A stretch of 64,000 nucleotides of DNA, from assembly GCA_964016885.1 (NCBI GenBank), contig OZ024741.1, forward strand, positions 276,210,001 through 276,274,000, written 5' to 3'. How positions within the stretch are numbered: position 1 is the first letter of the stretch; each line of letters begins with the position of its first letter. Source of the DNA: Eledone cirrhosa. Its lineage: Eukaryota. The notes under the pieces were generated by a model. It made no database searches and was not told the DNA's origin. It saw only the letters and a program-made list of their open reading frames with translations. Of this stretch, positions 11,980-25,790 are shown piece by piece. The translations under genes and the position numbers were made by a program.

Positions 11980-12305
11980 TTTGAACAAGGGTCATTTACC
12001 ATAGCGTTGGGTTGACCCATGACATCTTGGACAGGTGTCATTTACCATAGCCTCAGTTTGAGCTATGACATCTTGAACAAGAGTCATTTAACATAGCCTT
12101 GGGTCAAACCATGACCTTTTGGACAAGGGTCATTTACCATAGCCTTGGGTTGACCCATGACAACTTGGATGTCATTTACCCTAACCTCAGGTTGACCCAT
12201 CTGGCCAAGTGTCATCTATCATAGCCACAAGTTGACCCACTTGGACAAAGATCATTTACCTTAGCCTCGAGCTGAACCATAATAACCTTGGGTTGACCCA
12301 TGATA
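11980..12305. repeat. Degenerate minisatellite (GGACAAGGGTCATTTACCATAGCCTTGGGTTGACCCAT)
   Basis: About 8 imperfect units visible. Confidence 0.75.
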
Positions 12306-12433
12306 TGTGAGTGAAATTGGGGGAATGGAGATCGTTTGGAAGCTAATTTGATGGACTGTACCTCTAATTCAAACAGCCAGCCTTGCCACACATTGTGTCA
12401 TGCTGAATCTCCCTGAGAATTACATTAAAGGTA

Positions 12434-12855
12434 CACATGTCTGTGGGATACTGAGCCACATGTCTGTAGTATACTCAGCCACATGTCTGTAGTATACTCA
12501 ACCACGTGTCTGTAGTATACTCAGCCACATGTCTGTAGAATACTCAGCCATATGTCTGTGGAATACTTAGCCACATGTCTGTGGAATACTCAGCCACATG
12601 TCTGTAGAATACTCAGCCACATGTCTGTGGAATATTCAGCTACATGTCTGAGGATCGCTCAGCCACATCTGTAGAATACTCAGCCACATGTCTGTAGAAT
12701 ACTCAGCCATATGTCTGTGGAATACTTAGCCACATGTCTGTGGAATACTCAGCCATATGTCTGTGGAATACTCAGCCACATGTCTGTGGAATGCTCAGCC
12801 ACATGTCTGTAGAATACTCTGCCACATGTTTGTGGAATGATCAACCACATTTCTG
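12434..12855. repeat. 23-bp minisatellite (~18 copies) expanded inside a SINE
   Basis: Unit CAGCCACATGTCTGTGGAATACT; single copy in the related SINE near 3975-4000. Confidence 0.9.
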
Positions 12856-13012
12856 TTAATTTCAGGAGCAGGCTGTTCCATTGATTGAGAAACAGTAACA
12901 CTGATCATGGAAACTAACAAAAGTTTAATCCACCTGGTGGAATTGTTACTAATTCGACCGAGGAATTTTCCACAGAGGTAGTGAGTAAAAAAAACAAAAG
13001 TGAGATACTTAC

Positions 13013-13127
13013 TTTTACCACCTTTCTCCACATCACGTTCTCGTTCCCTCATGAATGAGACGGGGTAGCATCTGTAGCTACTTTTGAAGGACTGTTCCAT
13101 GTCAGGAAACAAAGCCCGGAAGTTTAT
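13013..13127 (-). CDS. UFD1: UFD1 exon 2 (INFRALFPDMEQSFKSSYRCYPVSFMRERERDVEKGGK)
   Basis: attacag acceptor and GTAAGT donor, 115 nt, phase 0/1; YRC..VS...DVEKGGK motif. Confidence 0.95.
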
Positions 13128-13220
13128 CTGTAATTATAAACAATAATGGTTTCTGATTTAGGAACAAGGCCAGCAATTTTGGGCGAAATGGAAAATTGAT
13201 TAAATCGACCACAGTATATT

Positions 13221-13508
13221 CATCATCATCAGGTCGAGCTTGCTCAGCTTTCTACGACATGTTTCCTCCATCCATCTCTGTCTCTCATAGCGTTTGCCAG
13301 TTCTTCCGCAATGCATCCAGTATCGTCCTCAAGTCGCCTCCACAGAACATGATGTTAACATCAGATTGGGAAAAGCCTGGGGAGCATTGAATGCAATGGA
13401 AAAGATATGGAAATCAAACCTGCCAGCCAAACTGAAAAGGAATTTCTTCAGAGCTGCTGTGGAGTCTGTGCTTGTTTATGGCTCTATCACTTGGACGCTA
13501 ACATCGAA
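13221..13508. mobile_element. 5'-inverted truncated RTE/RTEX-like LINE with 10-bp TSD
   Basis: 13221-13333(-) is the ORF end plus (TGA)n tail; 13334-13508(+) is an upstream RT segment; TSD ACAGTATATT at 13211-13220 and 13509-13518. Confidence 0.8.
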
Positions 13509-13837
13509 ACAGTATATTACTGGTACTTTATTTTATCGAACCCCGTAAAAATGAAAGACAAATGGGATTTGAACTCAGAATATAAAGGACCGTAACTATA
13601 TGTTGCAAAGCAAGGTGTCCAATTAAACCATAATGGTTTCTGGTATAAGCAGAAGGCCAGCTATTTGAAGGGAAAGGAAAAAATGATTAAATCAACCTCA
13701 GTGCATTACAGATACTTTATCAAACCCTGAAGGATGAAAGGCAAAGCTAACCTCGTGGGATTTGAACTCAACATAAGGGAAAGTAACTATATGCCGCAAA
13801 GCATATTGTCTTATTAAACCATAATAAAACATAAATT

Positions 13838-14225
13838 ATAGCTGTGTCAACAACAACATTTTATCACTATTTTCTATGACAGCTGTATATATCAACATAT
13901 TGTCACTATTTTATATGACAGCTATATATATCAACATATTGTCACTATTTTCTATGACAGCTGTGTATATTAACATATTGTCACTATTTTCAATGATGGC
14001 TGCGTACATCAATATCAATATATTGTCACTATTTTCTATTATAGCTGTGTATATCAACATATTGTCTCTATTTTCTGATAGCTGTGTATATCAACATATT
14101 GTCACTATTTTCCATGATAGCTGTGTATATCACCATTTTATCACTATTTTCTATTATAGCTGTGTATATCAACAACATTTAGTCTCTATTTTCTATGATG
14201 GCTGTGTGTGTAAACATCAATATTT
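13838..14225. repeat. 39-bp minisatellite (~10 copies)
   Basis: Unit ATGACAGCTGTATATATCAACATATTGTCACTATTTTCT. Confidence 0.9.
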
Positions 14226-14707
14226 TATGACTGTTGCCCATGCTGGCATGGGTTTGATGAGACCAGGCACGTCAGATGACCACCTCATGCTTGTGCTTCA
14301 GACATGAAAAAATAGCTGGCAATAGATATCTCGATCTACCCAACAGAATATCAAACCCAATACGACCCTCCCCTTAGACGCTAAACTCTTTCGGAGACAT
14401 GGGGATAGCTGGCAATAGATTTCTCAACCTGCCCAATTGAATATCAACCCCAAAACAATCCTCCCATCAGGCGCTAACGTTTGTTGAAGAGCGTGGGAGA
14501 CCCTGAATTGGCTCCACACAGATGTCGGCCGAATCAATCTGGTCTGGTTGACAGATTTTCTCAGGCAGCACATCTCGCTGTACATGATTTTGTGCTCAAG
14601 AGATTGAAGTGTCCAGAAAAAAAGGATACATTGGATAATGTGATCTGGGGTACACTAACAATATATATATATATATAAGATCAAAAGATGGTTAAATGAG
14701 TTCCATG

Positions 14708-14778
14708 TATTTTATTATGCGCATTTCAAAAACAAATATCATCATGCAATAAAATTTGTGTTTTCATCAGATAAAATA
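14708..14778 (-). ncRNA. Minimal type I hammerhead ribozyme motif
   Basis: UAUUUUAU-CUGAUGA-[stem II hairpin]-GAAA-UGCGCA-UA/AUAAAAUA: 8-bp stem I and palindromic stem III. Confidence 0.75.
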
Positions 14779-14898
14779 GGAGGACATGATATGAAGGTTA
14801 AAAAACACTTGTGGATAGTGCAGTTTTAAATCAACATATATGTTGATTTAAAACTGCACTATCCACAAGTGTTTTTTAACCTTCATATCATGTCCTCC

Positions 14899-14967
14899 TA
14901 TTTTATCTGATGAAAACATAAATGTTATTGCATGATGATATTTGTTTTTGAAATGCGCATAAAATAC
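14899..14967 (+). ncRNA. Hammerhead motif, mirror copy with a 3-nt deletion in stem I
   Basis: CUGAUGA...GAAA-UGCGCA-UA; 3' strand of stem I shortened. Confidence 0.6.
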
Positions 14968-14996
14968 TTGGAACTCTTTTAACCATCTTTTGATCT

Positions 14997-15849
<853 letters not shown>

Positions 15850-16461
15850 ATAAGAAACGGAGAACCAATGGTGCGAGGAATAAAATTTATTAGACATATT
15901 ACAATCGTTTCTCTGGAGACCAGCTCGAGGCACGATCGATCGATACAATGATCAAACCTAACTCTGAAATCACAAGATCCTCAGATGTCTCGATTCTACG
16001 AAGCAGAGTTTCCAAATGTCCAGTTACACCCGCTGCCTTCGCTCAGCAACTTAGATCCATATATACTGTATATATATATATATATATATATCTGTGTGTG
16101 TGTGTTTCACAACACAGATTTGAAATATACTTAGAACCGAACATAGAAATTTGTAAGAAAATCGAATTAATACAAACTAGAAAAACAGTATTTACGAGAA
16201 AACTAGTAAAACATATTTACGAGAGCAGGGTTTATATACATATTTATTATTTATCTACTTATCAGCTGTCTATTCCAGTTGACGGATTATTTTAGAGTTT
16301 TGCAAGTCATAACTGTTTTTACGTTGTATATATATGTATATATGTTGTGTGTATGAGGAGGTGGGGGAGAGGTTGTGACTCATCTACGGGCGTTTTATCG
16401 TGTTTCTTCGTATTCCTACAGACTTTTATGAGACAATAAATTTATTGGGATAAACGTTTAC

Positions 16462-16479
16462 CTCATCCAGAAAACCCAT
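16462..16479 (-). CDS. UFD1: Candidate UFD1 first coding exon (MGFLDE)
   Basis: ATGGGTTTTCTGGATGAG|GTAAAC, phase 0 into exon 2; CpG-enriched unique sequence and TCACGTGA upstream. Confidence 0.55.
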
Positions 16480-17994
16480 AGGGTTATTTCCCTGGTTTTG
16501 TGAAAATGACGAAGTTTCCATCACTTTACAGTTCAGTTTATAAAACAAGAGACGTAACTCTGTGTCGTGTTGACAACACATAGTAAGTGGAGGAGGCGGA
16601 GAAGGGCGATATCACGTGAAATTCAGTCATTACGGTTTTTATTTTGGTAAACCTTGGTCTATCTATATTTGTTCGTTCCGGCTTTTGCCTTCTGAGTAAA
16701 AATCCTGCCTAGGTTATCTTTTGTCTTTCGAGGTCGATAAAAAAAAGTACCAATTCAATAGAGGAATTGATTCTCTCTCTCCCTTCTCCCCCTCCAAACA
16801 CTCAGGGCCGTCGCTCGGCTTTGGTGTTGGAGCGGGGAGCTCCAGAACTCTGTGAGTTGGCACTCTAATTCGTAAAAATTCTAAGGCGATGTTTCCTTAT
16901 AAGAATATCACAGTAAATTTTCAGAATGGGAGGGGATGCACCTTTGAAAATTATTGAGACAGTGTCATCCAGTGTGCCACCTTCCATGATAACTGGGGCC
17001 TGCTCTCTTTGTAAGAAATTGACTATGATCGAAATAAATAGCCTCGGATTAAACACAGGTTACCCTTTGGCTGAGAGCAGAGTCCTAGTTGTCACTCATC
17101 ACGGTTACATTTATCTAAATGAGTAAACCTCTGTGACACACAGAGAACCCACATCATTCTCACGATATGGAAACGGGATTTGTGTGTGTGTGTGTGTGTG
17201 TATTACAGAGGTTTACTCACTATCTTCTATTCAGTATTCGTGCTAACCCTTATCTATGGTCATGTATCTTAGGTAATGACCGAAAGAATACGATCGCGAA
17301 TACAAGTGTCCGAAATGGGGTTCCTTCAACGCGTCTTTGGGGTAACGTTACTCGGTAGAGTGATTAGCTCAGATATCAGAGAATCACTCCAGGTATAGCC
17401 ACTACTTCTCCGAATCGAAAAATCACAGCTCTGATACTACGGACATGTGGTTAGGATGTCTCAGGAATGAATCGCTGGACAGATTTTATGAGCAAAACCA
17501 ACCTACAAAAGACCCAGAGATAGACTCTGAGCAAGATGGTTGGATAACATCAATGAGTTTGGCTGGACTTGCTTGAGGCTCCAGTCGCATCAGTTGCTTC
17601 TGACAGGACCCAACTAAGGGAGTGTTTGAGGACTCACGACCCTCACAGAAATAAGTGGGTGAAGAAGAAGAAGAACATTCTAACTACTTCATTCATTACC
17701 AAATGTCCATGGTTTTCAAATCGTTTTGATAACTAACTTTCACAATATTATGTTAGTGTTTGTAACATAACTTAACAAAGGCTTTTACAAAAAATTATGG
17801 TGGGAGATTTTTCGATTAATATAAGGGGTTTACTCTTCTAAACAAAAGTAACCTGTGTTCGATGCAAGGCTGTTTATTCTTAATATATTTGCAGCTAACC
17901 CTCATATGTGAAAGGTGTTACCTGGGGATTTGATATGATGATAGATGTAATTCTAACAGTTATCACAAGAATAGTTCATTTGTTATACTTATAT

Positions 17995-18346
17995 GGAGGC
18001 ACATGGCTTAGTGGTTAGAGCATTGGCCTTGCAATCGAAAGGTTGTAAGTTCAATTCTCAGACCGGGTGATGTGTTGTTTCCTTGAGCAAGACACTTTAT
18101 TTCACATTGCTCCAGTTTACTCAGCTGTAGAAATGAGATGATAGGGACTGGGTCCCTATCATTCCACTGCAAAGTGGTCGTGGAGGTGCCACGGCAAAAA
18201 AACACCCAGCACTCACTGTAAATGAGGTTGGTGTTAGGAAGGGCATCCAACTGTAGAAATCAAGCCAGAATCAGTTCCCATCCCACCCTTGCAAGCAGGG
18301 AAAAGGCGGACGTAAAATGAAATGATGATGATGAAATGATGATGAT
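17995..18346 (+). mobile_element. tRNA-derived CORE-like SINE with RTE-type 3' tail
   Basis: Inverted near-identical partner of 516-853. Confidence 0.8.
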
Positions 18347-19933
18347 CACCACTCCAAATCAGAAAGGACCACAGAGTCCTGGAAATGATCCTACACTCCC
18401 CAGAACTGCAGAACCAGAGTCTCACTACTAGAAATACTGAGCCTATTTTTGCTTATATTCAGTGATAAAACATACACAAGCATACCCTGTGGTTTCTGAA
18501 GTTATATTTATTTGTATCTCTTTTTGTTTTTAAAAGATTTTTCCAAAACTTTCTTTAGATTTTAACATTTTAAACAGTGGAAATTTCAATTTGTTTGGAT
18601 ATTTTTACACATATAAAGCTCTGGAATAACCATTAAGCAAAATATGAATGTGTTTAAGGTCTGGAAATAATCCAAAGGCATCATGTTTACATTTTTTGTG
18701 AAATGTTTTTAACGAGGGGGCCTCCAAGTTTTATTCACCTTAGGGCCTCACCAAGTTTTAATCTAGCTGGTTCTGCATGCACATATCCAGACATACAGTA
18801 AGCACATTATGTATTTCACTCTGGGAAATTGTACAAAAGAACACAAGTCAGTCACATCTTGCTCATACAGATCTGTATTTTGGCTTGATGCCCTTCCTAA
18901 CACCAACCATGTTACAATGTGGACTGGGTGCTTTATTACTGAATAAAAATTAGGTTGTTAAAGAGTTGGACAAAATGCTAGAGGGCACTTTGTTACGGTC
19001 CTTTAAGTTCTGAGTTCAAATCCTGCAGAGGTGAATTTTGACTTTCATTGTTCTGGGGGTCGATAAAATTAAGTACCAGTCAAGCACTAGGTTGATATAG
19101 CTGACCTTCAGCTCCCCACAAATCGCTGGCCTATGTCTAAATTAAAAATAGAGCAGGGGGTTTGCAGGGTTGTTAGAACATCAAATGATGATGATGATAA
19201 TCAAACAAATGTTTGGCAGTATTTGTTCCAGTTCTTTCGTGCAAATCCTGCTGAGGTCAACTATGCCTTTTAGGTATGAGGTCCATAAAAAATCAAGTAC
19301 CAGTAAAATACTGGATCAATATAACTGACTTTCCTTTTGCTCCAAATTATTGGCCTTGTGTCAATAATAGAAATAATTATTATGGAAAAAAAATGGAGGC
19401 GGGCTGGTAGATTGAAAGAATTGGTAGAGCGTCAAATAAAATGCCATTGTGCTATTTGTACTGGTTGTGCCTAAGTTTGAAACCATTATCATTGGGAATA
19501 ATAATAATTGTTTCTACTTTTGGCACAAGCCCAGCAATTACCCAGTACAGTACTCATACTTTATTTTATCGACCCCGTAAGGATGAAAGGCAAAGCTAAC
19601 CTCGACGGCATTTGAACTCAGACCGTAAAGGGATGTAACTATGCTGGAAAGCATAGCGTCCGACCCTCTACCGATACTGCCAATTCACCGCCCATTGGGA
19701 ATAATAATAATAATAATAAGGGTTTCTGATTTCGGCACAAGTCCAACAATTTTGGGGAAGGGGAAAGTCAATTAAATCAACCCCAGTGCATACTGGTACT
19801 TTATTTTATCGACCCCGTAAGGATGAAAGGCAAAGCTAACCTCTGCAAGATTTGAACTCAGAACGTAAAGGGCCGTAACTCTATGCTGCGAAACATGATG
19901 TCCGACGCTCTACCGATTCTGCCAATAATAATA

Positions 19934-20080
19934 ATTGTCCCAGTGGTGATTGATGCTTTTGGCATGGTGACAAAGAACCTTGAAAACTACCTGTCGAAAA
20001 TAGACTTTGCATAAGGGATTCAACTTCTCCAGAGGCCATGCCTACTGGGAACAGCCCGAATATTGAGAAAGGTTCTGGAC
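19934..20080 (+). mobile_element. R4/Dong-like (restriction-like endonuclease) LINE 3' fragment
   Basis: IVPVVIDAFGMVTKNLENYL...LLQRPCLLGTARILRKVLD resembles R4-clade C-termini; preceded by (AAT)n. Confidence 0.65.
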
Positions 20081-22231
20081 TACCAGCAATATCGAAATAA
20101 CAAGGAATGATATGAAAATGTTAGAGTCACGCAAAGTTAGTAGTTGTAGCTTGGTATACCATCCTGATGGGAGACTTCAATGCACATGTTGGCATCGACC
20201 ACCTGACTTCTATTCTAGAAATAGACTCTCTATTGTGAACACCTTCCAGCATAGAGGCACCTGTAGCAATATCGTGGGGCAATGATTGAGTTGTACTTTC
20301 TCACTTGCCAGCCTGTAGGCTTAGTAGTGTATGAATACCAAAAAGTCGACTTCCACCCAGCAGTTGCTCCGTGCCTTTCTTTTTCACTTCTAGACAGTTG
20401 CAGCTTCATTTTTGTACAAACAAGACATTACTAAATTCATTCCCTGGAACAACTGGCAAGATGAAACATTTACCAAGGAACTTTGGCCCTCTCTGTAAGG
20501 GCTCAGCAACATCCTACCTAGATATATGCCACAATGGCGCCTAACATTCTATTTCACGGAGAAAAATAAACCTTTTTTTATATTTCCTTGCTGTGCCTAT
20601 TTGATCCTTTCCTCACCATGAAACTCTAAACACGCAGTCTTATAACCTAATCTTCATTAAGGATCCTTCTTGCAACCAAAAAAACTTATTTTAAAGATTT
20701 TTCTGCTAAACACCCATAAATATACATGCTATAGAGATAATTAGGGACAGAGATCAATAACTGATTTTGTTATTGTCTCTGATCTTTTTGATTCTGTGCT
20801 GGATGTTCGTGTTAAGAGAGAGGCTGAGTTGTCAACTGATCACCATCTAGTTATCTACAACTTGAGACTACCTAAAGCCAAGGAAGCCCACAAAACAGGC
20901 AGGTTTAAAGGATAAAGTGGGAAGCATTGGTGGATAAGGAAGTCAGGATCTAGTATGCAGATATTATTGCATCCAAATTCAGAGAACTCCCTGAGCAAAC
21001 TGAGGATGTTGAAACAGAGTAAAGATTGTTCAACGTATAAGTTTCTGCATCAGCTGTTAAATGCTGCGGGCGAAGGGCAAAACTAACCTCGAATAATAAT
21101 AAAGAAAGAAATCATTATTAAAAACACAATACTTGAGTTTAAAAAAATAAAATAAAAAAGTTATGAGGGGTGGGGCGTAATTTCCTGTTTAGAATGTTCT
21201 TTCGAAATATATTTTTTTTAAAGTTATGACTGGTTAAGTGACTTACTGCTTCCGAAGTTCCACTCAACAGCTGATATTGTTTAATCATTGGTCAACCCTG
21301 ATATAGTACACATATTGATCATAGCATCCCACCCATGGCCATCCGGTTTATTTAGGGATACTAAATAGTACATTATCTAATGCATCCTTGATTCGTTTTG
21401 CTGTTTTTTGTTTGTTAAGATTATGAGAGAGTAATTTGTGCGATATTTGGCTGCTATTTCTAGCAGGTCGAGTTGCTGGCTTTGTTGTTTAAGGCCAGGT
21501 TAACTCTGATCTCGTATAAACTTGTGATCAAAATTCTAGTCATGACCATCTCGTCTATTAAGAGAGGCATCAAGGACTCTTTCTTCTCATACACACTTCG
21601 TTTAAAATGGTATGGTGTGATTTAAGGCAGATTTGGCTACTCTTTTTAGCAGCTCGCGTTTTCTTGATTGTTTAATTCTTTTGTTGTAGTGCACCTGAGC
21701 ACTGTACACAATAATTTTCATTGTTATTATTATTATATTAGATCTTTCGGGTACCACTGACAATAGATCTCCTTTGAAGAAAAAAAAGTGGTATCTTTTC
21801 TTTTAATTCTAAGGGTAGTTAGCTTATAGATTTAGTTAAAGTTTTAAGGGTGAAATTCGTGTTTATCCTGTGTTTTTGTATGTTTTGAAAGAATATATTC
21901 TTCAAAAATGTCGATAATTACTCGTTTTCTTTGATTCAGCCCTCCCATCCAAGAACTACATAACTCCTGAATCGTAGATAAAATAACCGAGATTGACAAT
22001 ATTTTGTCCGATTCACCGAATTCGTTGTTTTCTTCAACGATACGCGATCTTCCATATGTGACAAAGATGTAAATTTAACGAGGAGAAATTCGTGTCACAA
22101 TTCGATTCGCGAACTTATTAACTTAATTGATTATTTCAACAGTCACACGATAAAAAAACACAACAATATTTAAGGATTAAATAATTCACACCATTCTCAC
22201 GAAAATATAAATAGATTATCCAGAGACTTAC

Positions 22232-22234
22232 CAT
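22232..22234 (-). CDS. UFD1: Candidate UFD1 first exon contributing only the ATG
   Basis: ATG|GTAAGT perfect donor in CpG-enriched unique DNA, phase 0; vertebrate UFD1 exon 1 also ends at the ATG. Confidence 0.5.
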
Positions 22235-24808
22235 TGGGATTGTTTTCGTTAACAAATTTACAGAAATAAAGTAATTATAATGATAGTATTGTAATGAAGG
22301 TGATGTGGGATATATCGAAGAAGATATGCCCTTTGGAATCGATAGTTTTGTTTTTGTTTCTTGTAAGTATATATTCCTTAAAAAGAAATGATATGGAGAT
22401 AATTTAACTCAATCAAAATAATAAACAGATGAAAATAGAAATACGAAATTATTCTGAAGGATGTTGTGTGAATGTTTATAAGAATAGATACGCAGATAAT
22501 ATTATATCGTGTTGGAAATTTTAGTTGAATTTAATTATATTTTATATTTCTATTTTAGTAATTAATAGAAAATAAAAGACAGTTATAAAATAAATATAAT
22601 GGTAAATATGTTAAAATTAAATTATATTTAAATTATATTAATGAAATTATATTAACTGCAGGGTTGAACATTTGTAAACAGGAAGTTTTGGTAATGACAC
22701 TAACATGATTCTGACAATTCTAATAAACGTAACTATATAATGGAATAAAATGTGGTAATTCTTTTTAATATATTAGACCGGAGGTAACATTTTTTTTTTC
22801 TATGGTTTTTCGTGGATTTTAAACGAATATGTTCTTCAAAATTGTCTGAAATTATTTGTTTTATAGATAATTCTCGCTCCAGCTTTGGTGGGAAGGAACA
22901 ACAGAATATAAATAAGTGACAATAGTTTTGAAAGACATATTCGTTCTAAATACATAAAAAATCATAGGAAATACATACATTTTAAGAAAATATCCATTTT
23001 TTTATTTAACCGTCCCTGCTGTCATTAGACTGGTGTCCCACAGACTGACGGCTGGAGGGATGATTGATTAAATAATTGATAATTTAGGACCATTTCATGG
23101 GTCAGATTCGTTCAAAAACCATTGGAAAAACACAAATTCCTCTTCAAAAAGGGAAACGGGTGTAATAGTAAAAATTGAGCATGATTATAAATACTATCTT
23201 TAAATTCTAGCAACACAAACGGGGGAAAATAGCCTACAAAAACAACATAAAAATAAAGTACAACAAACAAACATTGTTTCCAAAAATTGACATTAGTTGA
23301 TCTTAGGTTTTGAAGAATATCAAAGACCTAATCGAAATAGTAAATAGATTCATTGTAGAAATTTAAAGAAAAAATATACAAATACTTCCCTTCTTTAAAA
23401 ACTTAATTATTGAAATATAATCGAGATTGTTGATACCTTCTTTATGTAAATATAAATATGAAATTAAAAGAAAAATAACTGCATTAACGAATTTGAAGAT
23501 TCATTTTGAGAATGATGGAAGGCAGGAGTCTGAATTAAGTGCAAGAATTGCAGGAGATGGTGCAGTAATGCACCAGCTTCAGCATTCGCTCATCAAAAGA
23601 AAGGAGGTAGGTGAACAGCCAGAGTTACTGTCTTCAATTCGGTATTCGTGCCAACCCTTACCAATGATCATGAATCTTAGGTAATGACCAAAAGAATACG
23701 ATCCCGAATATAAGCGGCAGAAATGGGGTTCCTCTGAAAGGTCTTTAGAGTAATGTTACTCGATAGAGTGTGTAGCTCAGAGATCACAGAGTCACTCCAG
23801 GTAGAGTTGCTACATCTCCGAATTGAGAGATCACACCGCTGATATTATTGGCATGTGGTTAGAATGTCAGGAAATAATCGCTGGACAGATTTTATGGGCA
23901 AAGCCAACCAGCAGGAGACCGGGGGGTAGACCCCGAACACGATGGTTGGATAACATCCATGAGCTTGGCTGGTCTTGCTTGGGTATCCAGCCGGATCAGT
24001 TGGAGATGGTTGTTTCTGACAGGACCCACTGGAAGGAGTGTTTGAGGACTCTTCCCCCCAAGACCCTCTTAGGAATTAGTGGGTGAAGAAGAAGAATCAA
24101 GTACTGGGGTCCATCAAGTCAGCAAAAATGAGGATTCAAAACAAATTTTCTTATATATACAATGGCCTTCCACACAGTTTCCATCTACCAAATATCACTC
24201 ACAAAGTGTAGTTCAACCAAGGGCTATAGTAAGTCAACCATGGGCTATAGTAGGTCAAACCAAGGGCTAAAGTAGATCAACACAAGATAACATCCATGAG
24301 CTCAGCTGGTCTCACTTGGATATCCAGCTGGATCAGTTGGAGACTGCTGCTTCTGACAGGACTTGCTGGAAGATATTCCTGAGGACTGTCCTAACAACCC
24401 TCCCAGGAATAAATGAGTAAAGAAGAAAAAGAATTTTGAGAATTATGGAAAAATCAGAGAGTTCGATTCCACTGGAGACATATATGTTAAAATACTGTCA
24501 AATACTTCGGCAGTTTGATCAAATAATTGACATCACATTTACTATTTCAATTATATCACTTATACCTTTCCATACTTAAGATTTGTGAATGTCAATTTTT
24601 AGGACCAGTGATTGCCAATAGTGACAAAACTAATTATCACGACATAATCACCTGACCAAACTTGTCTCATGTGACAACACCCATCTAGCCCCTGCAAGCC
24701 ATAGAAAATGGACGTTAATCAATTATGATGATATATGTGTATATAAATATATATATATGTATACGCAAGCAGGGAAAAGCGGACGTAAAATGATGATATA
24801 TATATATA

Positions 24809-25790
24809 CAGTGCCCCGCAAAAGTTTACAACACATTAGGAAAAATACGGTTTTAGGTATTTTTAATAAAGTTAGGGTAATCAAAATTTAACTACCGATA
24901 GAACATATAATGAGGCATTTAATGATACAATCATAGTTTTAAAAAAATAACAAGGAAATAACTCATGAAGAAAAATCAATATTTTTATAACGCAAAAGTT
25001 TACAACACATTTATTAAATCATCTCTTAATATTTCGTAGCGTAACCTTTGTTGCTAATTACAGCCTGTAGGGCGTTTGGAGTAGCCTCCTGCAAACTTCT
25101 TGCATGTTTCTTGGCTAATATTTATCCATTCTTCACAACAAATTTTCTTTAGTTCAGGGATATTTTGGGGTTTCCTTTTTTGAATTCTCTCCACAAATTT
25201 TCGATCGGGTTAAGATCTGGAGACTGACATGGTCATTTTAGAACATTTATTCCATTCGTACTTAACCAAGATTGTGTTAGCTTTGCAGTATGCTTTGGAT
25301 TGTTATCTTGTTGAAAAAACCAACCTGGCTTTAAGCTGAGAGAATGTGCACTTTGATGTAAATTCCTTTGGAAAATACCTCTATAATAAGTGCCACCCAT
25401 TCTTCCTTCTATTATTTCAATATTTCCTACTCCTGTGGCACTAAAGCAACCCCAGACCATGATTGATCCACCTCCAAATTTTACAGTTGGAATAGTATTC
25501 TTCAGCGAATATTCAGTACCTTTCTTTCTCCAGACTTTTGCCACAGCATTTCGACCAAAATGTTCAATTTTTGTTTCGTCCGACTAAAGTACATCTTCCT
25601 AAAATGACGCAGGTTTGATGAGATGCTCATTTTCAAAGTTTAATCGACGAAGAACGTGTTTCCTCGTAAGAAGTGGTGTTTTCCTTGGAGACCTCGAGAA
25701 GATATATCGATGAAGTGAACGACTAATTGTATCTGTGCTCACTTTTACTCCACTTTCTTCTAGGTCATCCGATGGGGTCCTGAATCTTTT
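24809..25790 (-). mobile_element. Truncated Tc1-family (DD34E) transposon, IR/DR-type end
   Basis: TA|CAGTGCCCCGCAAAAGTTTACAACAC end with an inner direct repeat at 24991; decayed DETK..GGGSIMVWGCF..FQQDNNPKH..SPDLNPIENLW. Confidence 0.9.
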
